A stretch of 64,000 bases of DNA, taken from a virus. Position numbers and translations under genes: made by a program. How positions within the stretch are numbered: position 1 is the first letter of the stretch; each line of letters starts with the position of its first letter. The notes under the pieces are model-generated. The model did not search any database, was not told the origin of the DNA, and worked only from the letters and a program-made list of their open reading frames with translations. Shown here piece after piece: positions 21,401 through 28,795 of the stretch. The DNA lies in IMG/VR virus record IMGVR_UViG_3300036790_000396, positions 82,945 to 146,944 of that record; one strand, 5' to 3'.

Positions 21401-23172
21401 GCGTCGAGCTGTTCGGCTGCCCGGCGAACCACCTGGAGGCCAGGGACTCCGCCGGGTGCGAGTACGGCGGCGGCGGCCATGTGCACGGCCCGTCGATGAG
21501 TGACCTGTTCGGCGACGACAGCGCCCGCGACCAGTACATGGACGAGGGAGAGGGGCCCGGGCACCTGTCGAGCCTGCATACCGCCGACGCGACCGCGATC
21601 ATGGGCGAGCCCGTTCCCGGGCTGCTCACCCCCGGTAAGCCGACGGCCGTGCAGGAATGGCAGGAATCATTCCCGTACGCCGACCGGGCGGCTACGGCCG
21701 GCCCGATGACCTCGATCACGCCGCACGACGGCAACGGGCTGCGGTTCGAGGAGTCAGCCGAGTACGCGCACCGGGATCCGTCGCGCCTGACCGAGGAGGA
21801 CAAGGACCGCCTGAGCGGGATCACCGATGCCCGGGCGGACCGCCTGGACCCGCAGTCCGACGAGCACGAGTACATCTGGGGCTTCCGCCAGGACCGGCCG
21901 CACGAGCACATGCGCTACGGCCAGCAGGCGGCGGAGGAGCACCGCGCTGCGTACGATGCCGGCGCCTCGGCCCGCGGGCACGACGTGCAGTGGGAGCGCG
22001 GGCACGGCTGGGGCGATCCTGCATCCGCGCAGTCCGTGCAGGGCACCTGCCGCAACTGCGGCGGGACGATGACCGTCGGCCCTTCCAGCACCTCTTCGAC
22101 GTCACACGTCAGCCGGGATCTCCGCTCCGGCCAGTGCCCTGGTCCGGGTACCGCCTGGCAGGCGCAGATGCAGGACGAGCTGGCCAGCGAGCGGTTCAGG
22201 GGCGCCGTTTCCCAGTTCGGCCATGACGTGAAGGACGGCCTCGACCGGCAGTGGCTGCGAGACCAGGGCATCGAGGCCAGCCTCCGCGCTGCGGACGCCA
22301 TGCTCGTCCTGGCCGCAGAGGAAGGGTTCCGGGGCACTGACGATCATGGCCATGAGGTGGAGTACGACGGTATCGACGGCTGGCAGCACCTGGACGGTTC
22401 CGTCTCCCACGATGACGGGACCTGCGTCACTGACGGGCATGTCCGCGAGCACCGGGCATCCCTCGGCGAGCCCGAGCAGCCCGGCGGTGCCCTCGCTGAA
22501 CTTAAGGACGAGCCGGACGCCGCCCTGGACCCCGACGGCCTCACCGGTGCCGCTGACGGCACGATCGGCGGCGGGGACGCGGGAACGGACGGCAGCGCCG
22601 CCTGGGGTGCCGCCAGCTCTGCCCTCGTCAGCTCCTGGGGCGCCCGCACGTACGACCCGAGCCAGACGCCGGCCGTAGGCTCCTCTGCCCAGCACCCGGA
22701 CATGGCCACGCAGGAGCCCGGCCTGGGATCGATGGACGACGCCCTGTCCCCGGATGACCTGTCCATCCAGACCGTCGGCTACCAGCAGTGGTCCGGTGAC
22801 CAGGTCGATTCCGGTGACCTCGCGGTGTCCGCGCACCCGCAGGAGTTCCCGCAGGAGGCCGAAGCCGACGGCCCCGGCATCGCCGACGGGCAGCTGCACC
22901 TCACGGGGAAGGCTGCGTCGCTGTACGATCCGCGGCAGGAGGGGAAACTGCGCGGCGACGGCGACATCGCCGCCGCGGCCCGGCAGTTCCTCGCCTCGGG
23001 GCAGCTCTCGAAGACCGCCGAGGTGCTGCCCGCGGCCGAGGCCCAGGAGCTGATTCGGGAGGGGACCGGGTCCCGTGCCCGCAACCTGGACCTGCTGCAG
23101 CTCGACGGCACCCACTATGCCGACGCACCGGATGATATAGATGATCACGAGGATGACGTGCTTTGGGTATAA
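15478..23172 (+). CDS. giant (~2560 aa) modular protein with three ART-like repeats, a SWIM Zn finger and His modules
   Basis: GGAGG RBS and TGATG overlap; three (L/M)HRG...W(S/T)D.P...xxEV repeats; WECGCPW...CSHALA SWIM motif; CQNC and CRNC knuckles. Confidence 0.85.
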   Translation: MAWYDEPGHAPVGDELHRGIGIYLPQDLHDYVHDESVPPDRRAHALLDRIGHTPGWAWSDDPVSAKRYAELNEPPVWHEGESGEVTPVMLHARTPGREHWLSGPHALRARELAGGYDDERPRPDPAQREVQLEAGAPLDVTGISWARPDHVGPWGIHAGEQSPAQDPGWTAHRFPRRIQLTAAVLPAKTAAASRDDLQDKSKVYLRFGHWPENERSFSGAGGYHEDGVSAYELDGDGDPKDPDPDYERGHVHEGCDPDCDMDLDDPDNDTGEEMEGRVRRAQRNRENGSDVRGETGHLVRGDVAGLGYDAEPLLTNVRRVGDWIDHRHLFVPGARPHRLARDPSSGDYEPPAEQPPLRHEGAAFPHSQLKLFHMQPDPGLNVPESGRHNPEDPGAHSRWREETDPDYEAPRCQNCGGNLHDPEGHAEDHQNWLGEQDWHTDWNEEQPGPVLHRGLVMELPPELHNRVHDESVPAADRARALVRHVIRDQGDGSPHGGLGNFWSDDPDVSKSYAEGRGGSRSETPVMLHVKTPPMEHVETDPDQLEHWGVFSYHLNGNREVPLQHQAPLEITGVSWAHPGHAVTRGPSPHDAAAWHEPGPHHFGQDPAWTHHEFGDGIRAHAASEKTWTGDPAPDWERAFREKDPRLTEMHRGIRVYPSDDVYRHVTDTSIPGADRAHVLLRHIGEQMREQPGHGIGISWTDNPDHAMRVARDGGWAEDAARSWRWPHPDDRGDHLGVVLNAKWPEKGHIETDQRVLNRHLVVPYDSPATEGEIPLRKGAPATITGLTWSQPLPGWGHQYAVHSGTFGRPVRYNGTDFEFPGQDRIAAYQGETDPRESEFNGDPQVAGVYWTAPAQQSAVQDGQLDDPQVLAPVLPVPPMLPMTPVATRIYDQKIDDHGDAPDHGTRPRASDPEGYDRDSTEGNGDPKWSDASEQTKRDQNGAAIAMYPEGVSAGGGPGISVGPFTAARLRYSACGTAPEGGEVTAARVPWTDHERTVLKGWQEVPAGQEGDFVSSRDFTGRHPEPPPDNLAMLPPSEAARNEETWPELPGADLVSSPQERSKPYHPETTLENFDHREWINDIDPNAHKSGDKGWFEHTLSSLRAQAAEEGEEEDEPAPRSLREFRVSPRQGHPGQGGTVPKNPQSAITNAVPHDWAAAYGPLTRAKMSALEPTPRAFLLAVAAAASPAAGPDDDDPGEDEEDAEEMPGGFDDRALMPQVLQGQAPPGAFAPPPVAAEGLDPYSQAGMSSQDRLMRQYERDHPGAGELKPFSRDDETERKEDRESVQAHASLRALASLPAFRFEVTASWNDVQAKAQRLRTTGSVRITHATKGMIIGEVRGDHATYESGIQSYPGRPQSVMAWECGCPWASFHQNQPRGSSRFAARMCSHALAIRYEAQSRGMFGRTVAPDTRAPSWQPHDVVVKSWPPYEGDPHAGRWREQLMAPAASRTAAREGGLPFVPSYGQDDLRAHLMHHHGLPASLQNAHMSDAETERWHRGKHRNRTDETHQHERPEGIGAEHEYPAMAEPSEDYGAWNGDREVHPRYFPGMLADEDRSRAFGPLPPSYSSLQRTAAEDEDSQQDVPFGEGVTPGHPFRRGDISNGMYSPHTQLGSPWYLPAGTQERYEEGSSDEHAGQLSALREQREEMREDAEEEERERREHQENGGGFRPRPSLRMSRRVTADQANAPWGAQNVVQHLPQQPYGATSPAEKDQDPGSYGPLSGPDPENWGEIQDGSAVQMPLSSEAVLHYIAAGAAVMDAPVRTRQVSSPKLSDDGGGPPPLEMGSGGGGDGEGRYRYLITRHSPNGFSLINDLPAGHQDQHVSYHHTADEALHMLGHKQRAGSASPHEVYYLPKMDDTAGWKQSDRGMYWEDQGRKPPPRYDWGKKYQEHLNRWFNPRSPSYSPHPDYVPASADMSDAELQDHWKQQHSQTPMPKLRSREQHDHRHDRLTDDVLPESFDSFKNQSNDFRDQKKGVELFGCPANHLEARDSAGCEYGGGGHVHGPSMSDLFGDDSARDQYMDEGEGPGHLSSLHTADATAIMGEPVPGLLTPGKPTAVQEWQESFPYADRAATAGPMTSITPHDGNGLRFEESAEYAHRDPSRLTEEDKDRLSGITDARADRLDPQSDEHEYIWGFRQDRPHEHMRYGQQAAEEHRAAYDAGASARGHDVQWERGHGWGDPASAQSVQGTCRNCGGTMTVGPSSTSSTSHVSRDLRSGQCPGPGTAWQAQMQDELASERFRGAVSQFGHDVKDGLDRQWLRDQGIEASLRAADAMLVLAAEEGFRGTDDHGHEVEYDGIDGWQHLDGSVSHDDGTCVTDGHVREHRASLGEPEQPGGALAELKDEPDAALDPDGLTGAADGTIGGGDAGTDGSAAWGAASSALVSSWGARTYDPSQTPAVGSSAQHPDMATQEPGLGSMDDALSPDDLSIQTVGYQQWSGDQVDSGDLAVSAHPQEFPQEAEADGPGIADGQLHLTGKAASLYDPRQEGKLRGDGDIAAAARQFLASGQLSKTAEVLPAAEAQELIREGTGSRARNLDLLQLDGTHYADAPDDIDDHEDDVLWV

Positions 23173-23549
23173 AACATGGTATGACCGTTCCGGCGTCCAT
23201 GATTCCGGAGAGCGCCTTCGGCATCGCCGCACGCGATTTCGCCGACGAGGAGATCTGGGAGCAGGACCCCTTCGGCGGGGCCGGACTGCGCCTGCGCGTC
23301 CTTGACGGGCGCATACTCACGCCCGCCGATGTCCGTGACGCGCTGGGTGCGGTACGTTGCGCCGTCAGCGTGGCCTCTGTATGGATACATCTCGATGACA
23401 ACGCGGATGAGCGCCGGGAAGGAGTGAGGCGCGCGTGGGAGGGGTGGCTTGCCCGCGACCCGGACTGACCGCCTGAACGACCGTTTTTCGGGAAGGGGCG
23501 GGGTGAAGTCTTCAGGAGGGGGCAGGCACGGTGAGATGGCAGGCCGGCA

Positions 23550-23924
23550 GTGAGCGTGCACGCGCTCGCCTCCGCGTCCTCGGCCATCACCATCAGCGAC
23601 ATCGCGAACTACGGTGCCCTGATCATGAACGCGGGAGCCGTCGGGCTCTGGCTGTTCGCGTTCCTGCGCCGCTGGATCGTGCTCCCCTCGGAGGTAGCGT
23701 CCGCCGAGAAGGAGCGCGACGAGTGGAAGCGCATGTTCCGGGAGGAGCGCCAGGCTCACGACCGCACGCGCGACGGGCTGCAGGCGGCGCTGCAGCGCAC
23801 CGAGTCCGGGGTGGAAGCGTCCCGGATGATCGCCACCGCCATCGCCGCCGTGCAGGGCCGTGATGTTCCGCCGTCGCTGCAGGAAGGACACCGCCGCCAG
23901 CGAGGAGCTGGCCGAGGCCCGTGA
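23550..23924 (+). CDS. membrane protein, holin-like
   Basis: N-terminal TM followed by coiled coil (ERDEWKRMFREERQAH). Confidence 0.55.
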   Translation: MSVHALASASSAITISDIANYGALIMNAGAVGLWLFAFLRRWIVLPSEVASAEKERDEWKRMFREERQAHDRTRDGLQAALQRTESGVEASRMIATAIAAVQGRDVPPSLQEGHRRQRGAGRGP

Positions 23925-24108
23925 GTACACGGCTGCCTCGCGCCGCCGTGCCGAGGAAGAGGCATCCGAGCAGGAGGAGAAACTGCGCCATGAGCAGGGG
24001 CTCGTGGCCGAGCTGCGCCAGATGAGGCAGCGTAATCACGTAGGGGAGGCCCTCAGGGCCTTGGTTGAGGGGGGGGACGGGAAAGATGCTGCCCGCGGCG
24101 CTGGTTAA
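23860..24108 (+). CDS. small coiled-coil protein of a putative lysis-type cassette
   Basis: RQRNHVGEAL motif; sits between two membrane genes. Confidence 0.5.
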   Translation: MMFRRRCRKDTAASEELAEAREYTAASRRRAEEEASEQEEKLRHEQGLVAELRQMRQRNHVGEALRALVEGGDGKDAARGAG

Positions 24109-24451
24109 CGTCATCGAGTGGGGCGCCAACGTGGCTTTCTGGGCTTCGTGCCTGTTCCTGTTCGGGACGTCGTTCTTCTGGCCGTGGTGGAAATCCTCCT
24201 GGGGCGCGAACATCATCGCCCTGGAGTTCGCCCTGGTGCTGGCGATCATGCCGTTCGTGCTCAGCTACGACTTCGGGATTCACATCCAGGCATCGCTCGC
24301 CTACGGCTACACCGAGGCGGTCAGCCTCTGGATGATCGCCGTGATCGTCATCTGGCGGGGGATCCTGATCTTCGTCCAGCAGCAGCGCGGGGCGGCGGGC
24401 CAGCCGCAGCGCCGGGCGTTCTTCTCCTTCCCGCGCAGGGGGAAGCGGTGA
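24086..24451 (+). CDS. three-TM membrane protein, putative holin
   Basis: Three hydrophobic helices, WPWWKSSWG motif, basic C-terminus. Confidence 0.6.
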   Translation: MLPAALVNVIEWGANVAFWASCLFLFGTSFFWPWWKSSWGANIIALEFALVLAIMPFVLSYDFGIHIQASLAYGYTEAVSLWMIAVIVIWRGILIFVQQQRGAAGQPQRRAFFSFPRRGKR

Positions 24452-25572
24452 GCGTGACCCCGCAGGACGTGCAGGATGCCTGGGAGCTGTACGACCGCCT
24501 GCGCCGCGAGGAAGTATGCCGCCGCGAGGAATGGGAGGAGGGCAGCGCCGCGGGCGGTACCGACGGCACCGCCGCAGCGCTGTTCTCCCGTTTCTACCAG
24601 GCCGAGCAGCAGACCGAGAACGCCTACCTCGCCTGGGCGCAGGCCCTGCGGCGGCTGTCCCGCGAGACCGGCACGTTCGCCGGGTTCGGGGGTCCTGCGT
24701 TCATCTCCGGGCAGTACCCGGTCCAGCAGCAGCCGCCCTCGGTCATCTGACCGGCCGCGCTTTTCCCTGCAGGGCCGCGAGCACCCGCAGCCGGGACAGC
24801 ACCTCCCGGCTGTGCCCGCACTGGCCGCAGGCGATCCGCGTCCCCACCTCGACGGTGGTCTTCCCTTCCTGCCAGTGCCCGCACTTCAGCGGGTGCAGCG
24901 CCCGTTCCCCGAGCGTGATGCCGTTCGACCCGGGGATGAGCCCCTTCACTTTCGCCCGCTCGATCCGGGCCTGGTGAACGTACTCGCCGGTGCCCTTCAG
25001 CTCGGTGTAGGTATCCCCGAGCTGCATCCTGCGCACGGTGATCACGCATTCCTTCTCGGAGCCGGGCCAGCACTGGCCGCACTCGGCGAGCAGGATGACG
25101 TGCCGTACCTCGTCCCATGTCACGGGCTCGCCGTTCCAGGTGACGCCGTCTTCCTCGGCGATGGCGCTCACCGGCTCCTCCTGGGGACCTGCGGGGAGCG
25201 CAGGGCATCCGGCACGCGCTTCCAGTCGATGGTGATGACGGCCACATCGGCGTCCTGGTCGTGCTCGGCCGTGCACGCGTCCGCGGGGAGCTGCTCCAGC
25301 AGGATGCCGATGGCATCGGAGAGCGCGATGCCCCTGGTATCGAGCGTGGTCCAGCCGCTTTCTCCTGCCTTCAGCCTGCGCCGGAGGCTGAGCCGTGCCC
25401 ATTCCGCTTCGACGGCCTCCAGCTCCCTGCGCTGCGCAGCCGCGAACTCCTCGGCCGCCGGGAAGCTGCCTGCTCCCGTGTCCTGATTTGCCATCCCGCT
25501 CCCTTGGTTTTCGCTAGAAACCTTGATAATCTGAAAGTACCACGGAGCGAAGAGTAGAGGAAGGCGCAAATC

Positions 25573-26178
25573 ATGGAGAACAGGAAGATGGCCCCTCAGG
25601 AACTGCTGGACGACATCGTCACCCTGAGCCGGGCCAAGGATCACCGCATGAACGCCGCGCAGGTCTCCGGCAAGCCGATGACCCTGGTCAGCGCGGAGTC
25701 CGTCCTGGCGTACCTGAGGGGGCGCGAATGGCGCGAGGGCGTTTCCCCCGCGGAGCGCGAGTCCCTCGGCGCGAGGATCGAGGGGCGTCACTTTCCCGTC
25801 CCGGGCATCCCTGCGGCACCGCAGCCGGCCCCGGCCTTCGATTCCCGGCGCATCGGCCGCGAGGGAATCTTCGTCGTGGAGAAGGACGGCGAGATGAAGG
25901 TCTACAAGGTGCTGCGCTCGCAGTACTCAGGGCACTGGCAGGCGAAGCTGTTCATCCCGCCGGAGGCGAAGGGCGGGCGTGGCACCTGGGAGTACGCCAG
26001 GGGCATGATGAGCGTCCTGCGCGAGGGCCACCGCATGACGCCCGCGCAGTCGCTGCGCTACGAGGCGCTGTACGGCTACCCGGTGTGCACCCGCTGCGGG
26101 GCCCCGCTGGAGAACGACGAGTCCCGGGAGCGCCGCTACGGCCCGGTGTGCTGGGGCAAGAAAGACGACATGGACTGA
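25573..26178 (+). CDS. DUF6011-like Zn-binding protein
   Basis: C-terminal CTRCGAPLENDESRERRYGPVC. Confidence 0.7.
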   Translation: MENRKMAPQELLDDIVTLSRAKDHRMNAAQVSGKPMTLVSAESVLAYLRGREWREGVSPAERESLGARIEGRHFPVPGIPAAPQPAPAFDSRRIGREGIFVVEKDGEMKVYKVLRSQYSGHWQAKLFIPPEAKGGRGTWEYARGMMSVLREGHRMTPAQSLRYEALYGYPVCTRCGAPLENDESRERRYGPVCWGKKDDMD

Positions 26179-26291
26179 CCCGGCATAGGGGGATGTCGCC
26201 CGATTTCAGCGTTCCGGGCGACATCCCCTGATCTTTTAGGCTATGCTGCCGGGCAGAAGGTAATTTTCCTTAGGTTCCTTAGGAGGAATCA

Positions 26292-26537
26292 GTGTCTTCC
26301 GCGTCCCCGAATCCCGAGCCCCTGCTGACCCCGGCGGAGGTCGCTGCCCGTTTCAGGGTAGATCCGAAGACTGTCACCCGCTGGGCGAAGGCCGGGCGGA
26401 TCACGTCCATCCGCACCCTCGGGGGCCACCGGCGCTACCGGGAGTCCGAGATCATCGCGCTTCTCAGCGGTGCCGCGCAGGCTCAGATCGCCTCCGACGT
26501 CCAGGCCGCCAACGCCGCGGTCTTCGGCCGCTCCTGA
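26292..26537 (+). CDS. bldC: BldC-like MerR-family HTH regulator
   Basis: LLTPAEVAARFRVDPKTVTRWAKAGRITSIRTLGGHRRYRESEI closely matches Streptomyces BldC; AGGAGG RBS. Confidence 0.9.
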   Translation: MSSASPNPEPLLTPAEVAARFRVDPKTVTRWAKAGRITSIRTLGGHRRYRESEIIALLSGAAQAQIASDVQAANAAVFGRS

Positions 26538-26604
26538 TCATCCCGGCTCCCGCCGCCCTGCACGGCGGCGGGAGCCGGGGCATCCCCCGGCACGAGAAAG
26601 GTAC

Positions 26605-27489
26605 ATGATGAGCGAGGCTCCTCCCGTCCGGTTCGCCGGCCCCCTCCAGCTGGCTCCCCCTGCCGCTGTTCCCGCTGATCCCGAGGACTCGCGTGCGGTC
26701 CTCATGACCGTCACGCCCGAGACCGCCGCCCGCTGGCTGTCCCTGGACGTGCTGCGGCGTCCCGTCCGCAAGTCCAAGCTGGTCGAGTTCGCCCGCGACA
26801 TGCGCGGCGGCAGCTGGGTGCTCAACGGCGAGACGATCAAGCGCGCGCTGGACGGCGGCGTGCTCGACGGCATCCACCGTCTCGCCGCCGTTGCCGAGTC
26901 CGGCGTCTCCATCCGCTCCTGGGTCATCGAAGGGCTGCCGCCCGAAGTGCAGTCCACCATCGATACCGGTTCCCCTCGCACCATGAGCGACCAGCTTCAC
27001 ATGCGCGGAGTGCCCAACTCGGTGCTGCTGGCCGCGATCACCAAGCGCGGCTGGCGCTGGCTGCAGGGTCACCGGGGCAGCGGCGGTCCCACTCCCACGC
27101 ACACTGAGATGGACCTGATGATCGCCACCGTCCCGGTGCTCGCCGAGGCGACCGCCTACGCGCAGCAGGCGCGCCGGGACTTCCCGATGATCAGGGCATC
27201 GGTCTACGGCACCGCCTACCTGATCTTCTCCGCCGTCTCCAGCATCGCGGCCCGCGCCTTCCTCGAAATGGTGTCCACCGGGGAAAGCCTGCACAAGGGC
27301 GACCGGGCCCTCGCGGTGCGCAACCGCATGATCCAGGCCGCCAAGCAGGGCGAGCGCAGGCTGAACGAGCACGAGCAGCTCGCCCTCATCATCATGGGCT
27401 GGAACGCCTGGCGCGACGAGCGCTCCCTCGCGCACGTCCAGCTCCCCGCCGGCGGCCTGAAGGCCGTCAACTTCCCCGAGCCGAAGTAG
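26605..27489 (+). CDS. ParB/Srx-like (DGQHR-type) domain protein
   Basis: VTPETAARWL...FARDM..G.W.LNGETI...LDGIHRLAA. Confidence 0.65.
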   Translation: MMSEAPPVRFAGPLQLAPPAAVPADPEDSRAVLMTVTPETAARWLSLDVLRRPVRKSKLVEFARDMRGGSWVLNGETIKRALDGGVLDGIHRLAAVAESGVSIRSWVIEGLPPEVQSTIDTGSPRTMSDQLHMRGVPNSVLLAAITKRGWRWLQGHRGSGGPTPTHTEMDLMIATVPVLAEATAYAQQARRDFPMIRASVYGTAYLIFSAVSSIAARAFLEMVSTGESLHKGDRALAVRNRMIQAAKQGERRLNEHEQLALIIMGWNAWRDERSLAHVQLPAGGLKAVNFPEPK

Positions 27490-27515
27490 CCGCGGGGATC
27501 ACCGGGGGAGCGGTC

Positions 27516-27785
27516 GTGTTCCTGGCCGGGATCCTCATCGGGCGCTACGGCCCGTGGCGCAGGAGCCCGCAGCCGCAGGAGAACGGCCCCTCCTGCGGCT
27601 GCGGCCACCACCTGTCGTTCCACGAGAACGGCACCGGCCGCTGCCGTTTCGAGAAGCGCGGCAGGGCGGCCAGCTACGACAGGGGCAGCCGCCCTGTCGG
27701 GTGGGATACGGAACGCTGCGGCTGCCAGCATTACAGCGGCCCGGAGCCGTATCCCGAGTACTACGCTCGGGACATCTCGTCCTGA
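27516..27785 (+). CDS. small Cys/His-rich membrane-anchored protein
   Basis: CGCGHHLSFH...C...CGCQHY. Confidence 0.55.
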   Translation: MFLAGILIGRYGPWRRSPQPQENGPSCGCGHHLSFHENGTGRCRFEKRGRAASYDRGSRPVGWDTERCGCQHYSGPEPYPEYYARDISS

Positions 27786-27877
27786 GGGGGTGAGGCCGCT
27801 GTATCCCGTAGGTGACACGGCGCCCCTGTTAGCCGGCCTCCGTCCCTCGGAAGAACAGAGGGACGGAGGCCGTTTTC

Positions 27878-28795
27878 ATGTCGCTGACCAAGTACGCCAG
27901 CCTGGAGCTGCTGGAGGCGTGGCGCGTGCCCGCGAAGGCGACGCCGCGCGGGCTGTCCAAGGCGGCGCACCGCGTCGACTTCGAGTACACGCCGCGGCCC
28001 GGCTACCTCGCGTACTGTTGCCATGTGAGAGACAGCAACAAGGGAAAAAGCTGCACGGGGCCCGGGTGCCTTCGGGAAGCAAAATGCAAGGGTCTTTGCC
28101 TTGCTCATTACACTCAGCGGAGATCTGGAAAAGATCTTTCCGTGATCCGCGTTCGTGCAAAAAATGCTACGGACTCCTGCGTATTTCCCGGATGCGATCG
28201 TCCCCATTTTGCTAAAGAATACTGCAAATCCCACTATCATCAGCGGCAGCGTCACGGAGAAGTAACAGTATTTCGTCAGTTCTTGGAAATTTGTTCTTTT
28301 CCTGGATGCGATCGTGGTCACTCTGCGCATGGATACTGCGACGGGCATGCGATTCAGCTGCGGAAGGGAAAGGAGCTGTCTCCCCTCCGGGCTCGCCAGA
28401 AGGGCCGTGTATGCACAGTAGACGGCTGCAGCGATCCTTACCTTGCCCGCGGCTTCTGCGCAGTTCATTATAACCAGTGGCACTGGGCTGAATCGGAAGA
28501 GGGACGCGAGGCTCGAAAACGTGCTTTCCACAAGCGACGTGCTATTAAGGCATCTGCCGAGACAAGACTGATCTCTTCTCGCGAATGGAAGCGCCTGGTC
28601 AATCGTTACCAGGGGAAATGTGCTTATTGCAGGAAGGCCCCGTGGAATCATCGTGAGCACATAATTCCCCTAAGCCGCGGTGGAAGGGAATCGATCGGGA
28701 ACCTGCTTCCGTGCTGCGAGAGATGCAACACGTCTAAGCACAATAAGCTTCTCTCTGAGTGGAGGTACGGTGCTTCGCAAGTACGCATCGCTTGA
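27878..28795 (+). CDS. HNH homing endonuclease fused to the original 5' end of the protease gene
   Basis: Four CxxxGC...G.C..HY repeats; CAYC...EHIIPLSRGG...NLLPCCERCNTSK; the first ~44 aa duplicate the protease N-terminus. Confidence 0.9.
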   Translation: MSLTKYASLELLEAWRVPAKATPRGLSKAAHRVDFEYTPRPGYLAYCCHVRDSNKGKSCTGPGCLREAKCKGLCLAHYTQRRSGKDLSVIRVRAKNATDSCVFPGCDRPHFAKEYCKSHYHQRQRHGEVTVFRQFLEICSFPGCDRGHSAHGYCDGHAIQLRKGKELSPLRARQKGRVCTVDGCSDPYLARGFCAVHYNQWHWAESEEGREARKRAFHKRRAIKASAETRLISSREWKRLVNRYQGKCAYCRKAPWNHREHIIPLSRGGRESIGNLLPCCERCNTSKHNKLLSEWRYGASQVRIA

